Source: Deltaproteobacteria bacterium
GTDB taxonomy: Bacteria > Myxococcota_A > Polyangia > JAAYKL01
Length of the DNA stretch: 64,000 nt
Assembly (NCBI GenBank): GCA_016936575.1
Contig: JAFGXQ010000045.1
Coordinates: forward strand, 70,664 to 134,663
Reading direction: 5' to 3'
Part shown: positions 28,790 to 37,440 of the stretch, piece after piece
How positions within the stretch are numbered: the stretch's first letter is position 1
Layout: every line of letters starts with the position of its first letter
Translations under genes and position numbers: made by a program
The notes under the pieces: model-generated
Seen by the model: only the letters and a program-made list of their open reading frames with translations
Told to the model about the DNA's origin: nothing
The model's database searches: none

Positions 28790-29812
28790 CTATACCCAGA
28801 TGCCTGCCACTGTGGCCATTGTGAACCCCGACGCGGCACTTCCCAGCATGAGTTTTTCATCCTTTTGCGGTTCTCTTTGAGAAAGCAGATAATCAAACAC
28901 CACACCAATCGTGGCGCTGGCGTTATTTCCGTACAAGTGATGCGTGTATACTCCCCTATCCAATTCTGCACCGATTTTCGACAGAACCTTCCGCGTCATG
29001 AATTCGCTGGGTTGATGAAATAAGTAATGCGCAACCTCGTTGGGATCCCATCCCAATTTCTTCAACACCTCCATCAGACGAGGTGCAATATACTTATGAA
29101 GTTTCATCAGTTCCGTCGATGATGAACTGAATGTGCCGTGAATCGGCACCTGGCAGAGAGACCAGTGGTTAGGCAGAGAATGCGTGTCGGTACTGACAAC
29201 CCGAACACATCCGTTTGACCAGGGATTTTTGCTCACCAGAAAACAAGCTGCTGCGTTTCCGATGGTCAAACCGGCGGCTTTGTACTGCAAATCGGTAAGT
29301 GTTTGAATATCGAACGACAAAAACTCCCGCGAGAGTTCAGCTGTACAAACCAACGCAGTCTCGTAGTCATCGTGCATATTCAGGTACGCACAGGCGACCT
29401 GCACAGCTTCCAAATGTCCCACGCACGCACTGGTTACGTCAAAAGCATGCGTCTGTGTGATGCCAAGATTCGCACACACTTCCATTGCCGTAGCAGGCTC
29501 AAAGTACTCTCTTGCCACCCCACCGAAAATCACCAAATCCACATCGTCCAAAGCAGTGCTGTTTCTCTCGAGGCAGTTAGCAGCTGCCTTTGCCGCATAC
29601 GCCGCGACCCTTGACTCAGGATTGAAATCCAGGTAGCGCACCTGAGTATTACATTTGCTCAAAATCTTTTTGGTTGCCGCTTCAATGGCTGTCCACGCAA
29701 GCTTATTTCCCTTGTAGTTTTGTTTGACCAAATCGATAATCGCAGCATTGTCATATCGTGTATCAGGTACATGAATTCCCGGCTTAGATAAATATAGTTC
29801 TGGCATCGTCAT
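28790..29812 (-). CDS. FabH-like beta-ketoacyl synthase III (thiolase-fold condensing enzyme)
   Basis: From track ORF 28790..29866. The ATG at 29812 follows CAGGAA. A Cys/His/Asn triad context is present: DVTSACVGHLEAV, YLFHQPSEFM, LYGNNASATIG. Confidence 0.75.
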   Translation of the reverse strand: MTMPELYLSKPGIHVPDTRYDNAAIIDLVKQNYKGNKLAWTAIEAATKKILSKCNTQVRYLDFNPESRVAAYAAKAAANCLERNSTALDDVDLVIFGGVAREYFEPATAMEVCANLGITQTHAFDVTSACVGHLEAVQVACAYLNMHDDYETALVCTAELSREFLSFDIQTLTDLQYKAAGLTIGNAAACFLVSKNPWSNGCVRVVSTDTHSLPNHWSLCQVPIHGTFSSSSTELMKLHKYIAPRLMEVLKKLGWDPNEVAHYLFHQPSEFMTRKVLSKIGAELDRGVYTHHLYGNNASATIGVVFDYLLSQREPQKDEKLMLGSAASGFTMATVAGIWV

Positions 29813-30023
29813 TGAATTGTTCCTGTATGTGTTTCCAGAAATCGTCCATGCAAGACAGCTCAGCATGTAAAGCCGTCTTAATCGAAGATTTAAACAATGG
29901 TGCGAACGAAGCGAGGAAAGGGGTTGATATAAATGAACCTTTTTTACTTATTCTTTTTACAGAGGAAAATGATTGCAGCTTATTTGAAAAATTTCGTTCA
30001 TCTCAAATCATTTCAACATTCTG

Positions 30024-31103
30024 TCACAAAAAAGTCTGATAAAATTCGGCGTAGTCACATCGAATCTGCTCTTCTGTTAAGCCAAACTTTTCCAGATTGT
30101 ATGCATGTTTGCTTTCGAATGCGCGTTGTTTCTGAGCGGTGTTATCAATCACCGTTCGCAATTCAGCAGATATTTCTCCACCTACAAACGGAATGATTTC
30201 GTCCATCAGTCCGTCGAAATCCTTCATCAAACGATCAAACGTCACAACCTTGACATTGGAACGATTAATTCTTCCGCTTTCCCAATCCCGCTGAAAACGC
30301 AAACTGAGTTCGAGTAACGCGGCATACAGCCGCTTGATAAAATGCGTTCGTTTTTCCTCGGGTAAACTCCAGAACCCGAATGCGCCGTCCAAAACGCCGG
30401 TAACCAGACTGAGACCGGACGGCACAGTCGAGAGCGGATCTCTTGCCATGTATAAAATTTTCGCATCCGGAAACCGATTCAAGAAGGAAGGCAGACGAAT
30501 GCCAAGTGAAAACAGCTTCCCTACAATGCGTTCTTTCTTTTCACTCACCAACACGCGGCGCCAACATTTCTCAATCCATTTAAAGTCGCGTTTGGCCGTA
30601 TCCCGCAGGTCCGGATCAAACATATCTCTCAAGTCCTTTTTCGACCAAGATAAGAAGAATCCGTAAATGAAAAAGCCGTCAAAGTAGCGAAACATCAGCG
30701 CCGGATCATCGGTTTCCACAGATGTCAGATTCGTCTTGTGCGCAGCATGGGCGTGATGTTTTGCAGGACTGAACTTCTCCATAATCGGAAGAAACGGCTT
30801 CAGCAAAGTCTGCAGCGTTAAAGAGGGATAGATCATCTTCCACAGTCTGGAACCCGTCCCGAACCCGTTATCAGTTAAAAACCGCTGCAGGAACGTTGTT
30901 CCGCTTCGAGGATTTCCCACTATCACAATCGGACTCGCAACTCGTTTTTTACGAAGCGACGGAAAAAACAAATGGTCGAGCACCATAAATACCGATACTG
31001 TCGCATGCAGCAGAAAAATGCCTGAAAATATAAAAACAGGAGAGATTACCTTACGAAATGCGCGTATCAATGCTTTGTGCACCAGAAACATTCTTGAAAT
31101 CAT
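30024..31103 (-). CDS. PAPS-dependent sulfotransferase family protein with N-terminal membrane helix
   Basis: N-terminal hydrophobic segment ISPVFIFSGIFLLHATVSVFMVL. 5'-phosphosulfate-binding loop IVIVGNPRSGTTFLQRFL. 3'-phosphate motif LYMARDPLSTVPS. Confidence 0.75.
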   Translation of the reverse strand: MISRMFLVHKALIRAFRKVISPVFIFSGIFLLHATVSVFMVLDHLFFPSLRKKRVASPIVIVGNPRSGTTFLQRFLTDNGFGTGSRLWKMIYPSLTLQTLLKPFLPIMEKFSPAKHHAHAAHKTNLTSVETDDPALMFRYFDGFFIYGFFLSWSKKDLRDMFDPDLRDTAKRDFKWIEKCWRRVLVSEKKERIVGKLFSLGIRLPSFLNRFPDAKILYMARDPLSTVPSGLSLVTGVLDGAFGFWSLPEEKRTHFIKRLYAALLELSLRFQRDWESGRINRSNVKVVTFDRLMKDFDGLMDEIIPFVGGEISAELRTVIDNTAQKQRAFESKHAYNLEKFGLTEEQIRCDYAEFYQTFL

Positions 31104-31515
31104 TGTTCGGTTTTTCCTTTTTTAGTTCATCCAACAGAAACAAAATTATCACATCTCTTTAGTGCACTGTTCCGCCGCAACAGGGTTGGCTTTTATTTTG
31201 TAAAATCCGAAAAATATCTTCAGAAGGAGAATATTCGCGTCACCCTCGGTGCGATAGATTCGCAATTCTCGATACAGCGCCTTATTCGACGAACCTGACT
31301 TCATAAAAAAAATAAACACCGTTACCAATTCAGGTTACTCGTCTTGATTCGAATCTATGAGGGCCTGTGCCGAAATGCTGTAGTCGTGTGGGACTAAACT
31401 CGCGTCATTCGCAGGAAGCGCTGCAGCCGACTTGCGTAAAATCAGCGATGACAAAACTCAGGATAGCGAAGAACGTTAAAACCCGAGCTATGGAGACTTG
31501 ATTTCGACGGGCGTT

Positions 31516-33165
31516 CTAAGGTGCCAGAGTGAGTTGGCCTTCATCGAGTGAAATCTGGTAGTAGCCGTGGTCGTCCCAGGCCAGTTTCTGACCATTTTGA
31601 GTAAGTGTTCCGCCATCCACGGTAACACGCAGACATTTTCCGGACGGAAAATTATCGGGCAGGTTCCACGACCAACTATGGCCGTCACCGCTGCTCGACG
31701 GACTCACAGACGAAAATGTTTTTTGTCCAATCCAATATGCCCCCACATTCACCACGCTGTCTATCCATACATCTCCGTATGATTTCATTTCGTTGACACC
31801 CGATACCATAGAACTGATTGGAATCGCGTTATACGCACCGTCTCCATATCCAGTGAACCCGTGCACGCAGTAAACTGCCCATCCGCCTTGATTACGCGCG
31901 TTGTTTGCCGGCACGCCGAACGTATACGCGTCCGCCCCCGCCGCTGGAATATATGACGGCAGATTAAAGGGATTTGAGTTGTCATTCGGCATAATAATAG
32001 CGCCGGCCACACCGCGGTTGATGATATACCGCGTACTTGCGGGAGAAGAACAAACCGTGCTCCCCTCTGGCGCCGCCATCGTATAGATTTCGATGTCCAG
32101 CGCGCTCTCCAGCAACTGCTCCGCGGTGTCAATCGACGAAGTATTACATGTGTGATCAGTGGTGTGATTTCCGATTTCGTGCCCACCGGCAACCGCATCG
32201 TGCCAAATCGATGCATTCTCGTCGTTCCAATTGGTCACAAGGTAGAATGTGTAGTGAACCCCCAGGCCTGAGAGCGTCCCCCATTCCTGAATGGTTGATT
32301 GGGTTCCATCATCGAGAGAATAGCTCACCGCCGCAGAATATCCCGCCCAATTCAACACCTGCAAATTGCCGGCCGCTCCAGAGGGCTTCGCCTGTCCACT
32401 GCTTCCCACATCCGGAAGTCCGCAATCATACACAACCCCCGGGTCTGAATCTGAATCGGAATCAGCATCGGAATCGGCGTCTGTATCGCTATCGCTGTCT
32501 GTATCGCTATCGCTGTCTGTATCGCTATCGCTGTCTGTGTCAGTGTCACTGTCAGTATCGGTATCGCCGTCTGTTGTACCGCCGGCATTGCAGCAAATGG
32601 CGGCCCAACCGTTTTCCGGACTGGGCACACATGGCGTTGCGCCGACAATTTCGCCTCCCAAACCGCCCCAGGTCGGATCACCGGTACACGCCCATTCGCT
32701 CGATACACATTCATACGCGCAGTCAGCATCTGAGTCGGTATCGCCATCGGAATCCGTGTCACTATCTGAATCCGTGTCACTATCCGAATCCGAATCGGCG
32801 TCGGAGTCGGTATCAGTGTCTGTATCTGCATCACTATCTGAATCCGTGTCACTATCCGAGTCTGTATCAGTGTCTGAATCCGTATCGCTGTCCGAGTCGC
32901 TGTCAGCGTCTGAATCTGTATCGCTGTCGGAATCCGTATCGCTATCCGAGTCGCTGTCAGCGTCTGAATCTCCGTCACCATCGGCATCGGCATCACTGTC
33001 TGAATCAGAGTCACCGTCGGAATCCCCGTCGGAATCCCCGTCTCCGTCGGAATCACTGTCGGAGTCCGCATCCGCGTCAGTCAAATCGACCGAAGCATCC
33101 TCTTGTCCGCATGCCATCAAAAACAATTGCGCCCCGAAAATAATAATATACAAATACTTGCTCAT
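31516..33165 (-). CDS. Lipoprotein with two X-Asp tethers flanking a 6-Cys module, and a polysaccharide deacetylase (NodB/CE4-like) domain
   Basis: From track ORF 31516..33183. The ATG at 33165 is preceded by ACGGAG. Lipobox FLMAC. NodB-like motifs: VSYSLDDGT and [12 protein letters not shown]. Confidence 0.65.
   Translation of the reverse strand: MSKYLYIIIFGAQLFLMACGQEDASVDLTDADADSDSDSDGDGDSDGDSDGDSDSDSDADADGDGDSDADSDSDSDTDSDSDTDSDADSDSDSDTDSDTDTDSDSDTDSDSDADTDTDTDSDADSDSDSDTDSDSDTDSDGDTDSDADCAYECVSSEWACTGDPTWGGLGGEIVGATPCVPSPENGWAAICCNAGGTTDGDTDTDSDTDTDSDSDTDSDSDTDSDSDTDADSDADSDSDSDPGVVYDCGLPDVGSSGQAKPSGAAGNLQVLNWAGYSAAVSYSLDDGTQSTIQEWGTLSGLGVHYTFYLVTNWNDENASIWHDAVAGGHEIGNHTTDHTCNTSSIDTAEQLLESALDIEIYTMAAPEGSTVCSSPASTRYIINRGVAGAIIMPNDNSNPFNLPSYIPAAGADAYTFGVPANNARNQGGWAVYCVHGFTGYGDGAYNAIPISSMVSGVNEMKSYGDVWIDSVVNVGAYWIGQKTFSSVSPSSSGDGHSWSWNLPDNFPSGKCLRVTVDGGTLTQNGQKLAWDDHGYYQISLDEGQLTLAP
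32443..32571 (-). repeat. Second X-Asp repeat of the deacetylase gene (43 aa), containing a perfect 18-nt x3 array
   Basis: ctgtatcgctatcgctgt occurs 3 times perfectly at 32481-32534. It encodes [43 protein letters not shown]. Confidence 0.9.
32722..33087 (-). repeat. First X-Asp repeat of the deacetylase gene (~122 aa)
   Basis: Protein residues 33-154 are almost entirely alternating D with S/T/A/G/L. Confidence 0.9.
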
Positions 33166-33490
33166 ATCGCTCCGTATCCCCATTCAGATTCAAAGGATTA
33201 GTCCGTTCAAAACATACTTTTCGTGCCAACCCATAGGCAACCATCCAAACAGTACCGCCACCATCTACAACGGCTCAAAGGGATTGCGCGCACGCACAAA
33301 ATGACCAGATTTGGACATTGAAGAGAAAAACTGTACACAACACGAAGGCGTGAATTCTCACATTTAAAAGAAGTGAAACTGAGGCCCAACGACAACAGTT
33401 CTGATTTCATTGACCCATGAATACTGACGTTATTATTTGGCATGAAAGTTGAGTAGAAACATCCAAAACTCAAACGCAGGAGCATTTCCT

Positions 33491-34414
33491 ATGAGAAACC
33501 GGTCAGCAAAAGTATTTTGCTTTTATTTCATATTTTTACTGGGAGGCTGTGACATCGCCCCACATCAATCCTCATTTTCTGATTGCAGACATGTCAGCGC
33601 TGGGTACACGCATTCCTGCTGTGTGCACAGCACCGGCAAGATCACCTGTTGGGGTTCCAACACCTATGGAGAATCGTCGCCGCCGCGGTTTACAGATTAC
33701 GTACAGGTACAAGCCGACGAATACTATACCTGCGCTTTACGCGAAACTGGTGAAATTTTATGTTTCGGCGATAATATATTAAGAATTAACGGCGAAGAAC
33801 AATTCACTCTACACAATCTGGATGCACCGACGCAGGGCGGATTCGTTCAAATAGATATTAACGCATTCAATGGCTGTGCACTTCACGAAACCAGCACCAT
33901 TTCGTGCTGGGGAGATACAAACAGCGGCACGCCGGTCTCATCGCCTGAGGGAAACAACTTCACTCAGGTTTCTGTTGGCGGCAATCAAAGCTGCGCCCTG
34001 CACGGCGACTCTACGGTACAATGCTGGCCCGACCAAATCGACCGCGATGACGTGCCGCCATCCTCCCATTTCTATTCACAGATTTCGATGGGCAGCACCC
34101 ACGGTTGCGCACTGACCAGTGACGCATTTACAATTTGCTGGGGAAACGATTTCGACGGACAAGGGGATTCCCCCGGACACTGGCTCGGTCACCCGGTTAC
34201 ACAAGTTGCGGCAGGCGGCTTCCATTCGTGCGAACTGTATGCCGAAGGACTGGTGGAGTGCTGGGGAAATAACGATTGGGAACAATGTGATGTTCCGGGG
34301 GTTGACGATTTTGTCCAAATCAGCGCCGGTAGTTTTCATACCTGCGGAATCCGCAAGTCCGGACGTGTATTGTGTTGGGGAGAAAATGACAAAGGTCAGT
34401 CATCACCTCCGTGA
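33491..34414 (+). CDS. RCC1-repeat (beta-propeller) lipoprotein
   Basis: From track ORF 33449..34414. The ATG at 33491 follows CAGGAG. Lipobox FLLGGC. Repeated H(S/T)C(A/C)(L/V)...G....CWG motifs are present (HSCCVHSTGKITCWGSNTYGES, YTCALRETGEILCFG, NGCALHETSTISCWG, QSCALHGDSTVQCW, HGCALTSDAFTICWG, HSCELYAEGLVECWG, HTCGIRKSGRVLCWG). Confidence 0.8.
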   Translation: MRNRSAKVFCFYFIFLLGGCDIAPHQSSFSDCRHVSAGYTHSCCVHSTGKITCWGSNTYGESSPPRFTDYVQVQADEYYTCALRETGEILCFGDNILRINGEEQFTLHNLDAPTQGGFVQIDINAFNGCALHETSTISCWGDTNSGTPVSSPEGNNFTQVSVGGNQSCALHGDSTVQCWPDQIDRDDVPPSSHFYSQISMGSTHGCALTSDAFTICWGNDFDGQGDSPGHWLGHPVTQVAAGGFHSCELYAEGLVECWGNNDWEQCDVPGVDDFVQISAGSFHTCGIRKSGRVLCWGENDKGQSSPP

Positions 34415-34422
34415 ATGCGGAA

Positions 34423-34959
34423 TCAGCGTCTCTTTCGACCGAGGGTGATGATCAGCACTTCGCCGCTTTCGTCCACTTCCACCTTTTCAATGCGGGAAGC
34501 CGCGTAACGCTCCTTGCGTTTGGAGTCGTCAAGCGTGTATACGACCAGACCGTTAATGCGCTTTGCCACCAGCCGACTCACCAGATCTTTCATCTGACCT
34601 AAATCGGAAAGCTTTACTTTCCCCGTGTCGACATCCACGATGTAGATTTCATCCACATAAAACCGCTTTTTCTCAGGGTCGTATGCGATAACCCCGCGCA
34701 CATCGACCTTTCCTTTCACTTTGCGATTTAAAAACGAGGCGCGAAACTTAAGTCGTATCCCAACCTCACTACCTTCAAAATATACTTTCGGTTTGTAGAA
34801 TTTGGCTTTGGCCACTACGACACTTTTTTCAACCGGAAATTTTTTTTCCACCTTCTGCTGTACTTTGGCCAGCGGCACCTCAACATGGTGAACACAACCG
34901 CTCGCGACAAGCACCAGCAGCACCCCGATAATTTTAATACAGTGCTTCAATTCAGTCAT
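34423..34959 (-). CDS. DUF1439-like lipoprotein
   Basis: Lipobox LVASGC. About 155 aa mature length, Lys-rich. The pattern PLAKVQQKVEKKFPVEKS...KPKVYFEGSEVGIRL resembles the YceB/DUF1439 family. Confidence 0.45.
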   Translation of the reverse strand: MTELKHCIKIIGVLLVLVASGCVHHVEVPLAKVQQKVEKKFPVEKSVVVAKAKFYKPKVYFEGSEVGIRLKFRASFLNRKVKGKVDVRGVIAYDPEKKRFYVDEIYIVDVDTGKVKLSDLGQMKDLVSRLVAKRINGLVVYTLDDSKRKERYAASRIEKVEVDESGEVLIITLGRKRR

Positions 34960-35041
34960 AACCGTTCTCTTTGCAGATGTTTATTTTTCAATTGTTCCGC
35001 CTTTTTTTCAGGAGTACAAATATACGACAATATTTGTCGCA

Positions 35042-36055
35042 ATGGAAGTGGATGCAATGGCAGATAAAACCAAGTATAGACGGCTGTTCGATTTACACAA
35101 ACGCTTTATGTTCCATGGGCGGATAACCATCAAAACAATGATGGACGACTACGGCATCAACCGCCGCACCGCTAATAGAGATATCAACGACCTTATCAGC
35201 CTGGGGGTACAGCTGGAAAACGAGGTGCTTGAAAACGGCCTGAAAGTATGGTTTCTACCCGCATCGCAACGAAAAATCACCATTCCGTTCAACCTCACCG
35301 ATGTGGCGGCGCTGTTTCTGGGGCGAGGCCTGTTTGACTTTTCGAGAGGCACCCTTCTCGGCGACTCACTAGATAAAATATATGAGACAATAGAGACGCA
35401 AATCACCCGAGAAAAGGACCTCATTCGTCTGGGAAATCTGAAAAAGAAGGTTTACAGCGTCAATGACGGCCCCAAAGAGCTGTCCGATACCAACATCGAA
35501 GAACTCGATGAGGTTCTCACCGGACTGCTGGATGAAAAACTCATTCAGTTTGAATACACTTCTTCCACCGGACGAAAAAGTGTTCTTCGGGCCATTCCCT
35601 ACACACTGGTCACGTATAAAATGGGGCTGTACCTGCTGGCCAGACCCACTGAATCCGATTCGGACGCGATTCGAATCTACGCCATCGAACGCATGAACAA
35701 TACAGAGGCCATTCGGGGTACCAGTTACCGCCTTCCAACCAATTACGCGCCGGAGCAATATTTCCGCGACGCTTTATTTATTCAGCGGGGCAGTCCCGAG
35801 AAAATCGAATTGATTTTCGATGCGGGTTCCGCGCCGTTTGTCGCGATTCGCCGGTTTCACCATTCGCAAGAAGTGAACCGTTTGCCCGACGGGCGCACTC
35901 AGATGACACTGCATGTGCCGGCGGGAACAACGGACTTTGAAATTGTAAACTGGATCATTTCATTTCACGAGCATGTTACGGTGATTTCTCCACCCCACCT
36001 GAAAGAAGCCGTACGAAACAAGCTTGCAGCCGCGTTGAAGCAATACGATAATTAA
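35042..36055 (+). CDS. HTH + WYL-domain transcriptional regulator
   Basis: N-terminal HTH (MMDDYGINRRTANRDINDL). Central WYL-like segment (IQFEYTSSTGRKSVLRAIPYTLVTYKMGLYLLA). C-terminal WCX-like part. The start could also be the ATG at 35057. Confidence 0.7.
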   Translation: MEVDAMADKTKYRRLFDLHKRFMFHGRITIKTMMDDYGINRRTANRDINDLISLGVQLENEVLENGLKVWFLPASQRKITIPFNLTDVAALFLGRGLFDFSRGTLLGDSLDKIYETIETQITREKDLIRLGNLKKKVYSVNDGPKELSDTNIEELDEVLTGLLDEKLIQFEYTSSTGRKSVLRAIPYTLVTYKMGLYLLARPTESDSDAIRIYAIERMNNTEAIRGTSYRLPTNYAPEQYFRDALFIQRGSPEKIELIFDAGSAPFVAIRRFHHSQEVNRLPDGRTQMTLHVPAGTTDFEIVNWIISFHEHVTVISPPHLKEAVRNKLAAALKQYDN

Positions 36056-36109
36056 CTTTCATTCCCGAATGCTAAACCCGAAGGCATTTCGTCCGATATT
36101 TCATGTAGA

Positions 36110-36661
36110 ATGCGTGCGAACATTTACATTGGAGCATCTTTTTTATGCGGTATCATAGCTCTCGGGTGCGAAACCGGCGGCTGCTACTACACCTGCTGCC
36201 GGGCCGAAGATGATTGCAGCGCTTCATGCACCCAGAATGTGAACAGTGCCGAGGAATGTACCGTTCATGCGCAACGGGAGTGCAGCGAAGAGCAGGATGG
36301 CTATATCATTCGCGTGGAATGGGCGACGGTCAGCGAAGTGTTCTGTGAAAGCTGCAGCAGCTCCGCATGTGCGCCGAACTGGTGGACTGCCGACAAAAAT
36401 ATCGAAGCTGGGGAACAGACGACAGATCTGCAGGACACCGAAACAACAAGTGACATCGAGGAAGAATCATCGGATAACGTAAATATCCCCGAAGCAAGTG
36501 CCGCTGAAACATCGTCTGAAGACGCAACGGGCACATCAACCGAGAATACAAAGGAGCAAGAGACTCTCTCCTCTGACAGCGACCCATCTGTCGACCCAAC
36601 CACAAATGCGGCCACCGAAACGTCGAACGACAGTATTCAAAACATCGAATCCGATAACTAA
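36110..36661 (+). CDS. Small lipoprotein with Cys-rich N-terminal half and acidic S/T/E/D tail; unknown function
   Basis: Lipobox IIALGC. About 11 Cys in the first 90 aa, then TDLQDTETTSDIEEESSDN... Confidence 0.4.
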   Translation: MRANIYIGASFLCGIIALGCETGGCYYTCCRAEDDCSASCTQNVNSAEECTVHAQRECSEEQDGYIIRVEWATVSEVFCESCSSSACAPNWWTADKNIEAGEQTTDLQDTETTSDIEEESSDNVNIPEASAAETSSEDATGTSTENTKEQETLSSDSDPSVDPTTNAATETSNDSIQNIESDN

Positions 36662-36858
36662 GTCCCTAAAAAAATTCGTTTTTCGGGAATACTCCCCCAT
36701 GTTGCGGTGTTTCGCTCCAAACGCCGGTCGCGGCATGTGGGAACGCAGTCCGATTTTCATTAAATGAACGGTTGACCTTAAATGCGCTTCAGAATAGGTT
36801 AGCGGGCGATGTCAATTTTAACCCGATAAATTTCGGTACTCGTAGGGAGTTTGCGTTA

Positions 36859-37356
36859 ATGAAAATTCAGAGTGAAGCATTTGTGGCCATCGATTACACG
36901 CTGAAAGATGACCAGGGCAATGTGGTTGATAAATCCGAAGAAAACAGTCCATTGGGGTTCATATTCGGGCGCGGTCAGATTATTCCGGGCCTGGAAAAAG
37001 CATTGGAGGGAATGTCAAAAGATGAAACCGCCCAGGTCGTTGTGGCTCCCGAAGACGGGTACGGCCCGGTGAACGAAGAATTGTTCCAGGAAATCCCCAA
37101 AGCCAACTTCCCCAATACAGAGAATCTTGAACCTGGACAGCAGTTTCAGGCCAACACCCCTCATGGTCCAATGCGATTTGTAGTTCATGAAATTAAAGAA
37201 GAAGACATAGTCGTAAATTTAAATCATCCGTTAGCTGGCCAAAGTTTGCATTTTGATGTAAAAGTCGCCGAAGTTCGAGAAGCGACCGAAGAAGAATTGG
37301 CCCCACCGGTCCACAGTCACTGTGGAGATGGTAGCCACGGCTGCTGCGGTTGTTGA
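36859..37356 (+). CDS. slyD: FKBP-type peptidyl-prolyl isomerase SlyD with Cys/His-rich metal-binding tail
   Basis: From track ORF 36772..37356. The ATG at 36859 follows GGGAG. It has MKIQSEAFVAIDYTLKDDQGNVVDKS...LGFIFGRGQIIPGLEKALEGM...LAGQSLHFDVKVAEVREAT and the tail HSHCGDGSHGCCGC. Confidence 0.8.
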   Translation: MKIQSEAFVAIDYTLKDDQGNVVDKSEENSPLGFIFGRGQIIPGLEKALEGMSKDETAQVVVAPEDGYGPVNEELFQEIPKANFPNTENLEPGQQFQANTPHGPMRFVVHEIKEEDIVVNLNHPLAGQSLHFDVKVAEVREATEEELAPPVHSHCGDGSHGCCGC

Positions 37357-37440
37357 TAAAACAGTTCATTTGGCGAGTCGCGGATAGCGGTCTCGCTGCT
37401 TGAGTTTCAAGTATTTAGGAAGGAAAGAGTAGGAAACGAG

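Noticed and set aside
31149-31304. Untracked 51-aa minus-strand ORF (MKSGSSNKALYRELRIYRTEGDANILLLKIFFGFYKIKANPVAAEQCTKEM) upstream of the sulfotransferase
   Set aside because: It has no SD and no recognisable motif, and lies in an AT-rich intergenic region where short ORFs arise by chance. I noted it only in case ribosome profiling says otherwise.
31340-31355. tRNA-like T-arm string (gattcgaatc)
   Set aside because: It is a 10-nt palindrome without flanking GG/CC, with no acceptor or anticodon arms in either orientation. I found no tRNA anywhere in the window.
32037-33304. ORFs 32037..33143(+), 32352..33071(-), 32366..33304(+) over the deacetylase repeats
   Set aside because: These are shadow ORFs of the Asp-rich repeats. 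They have no start context and highly repetitive, implausible composition.
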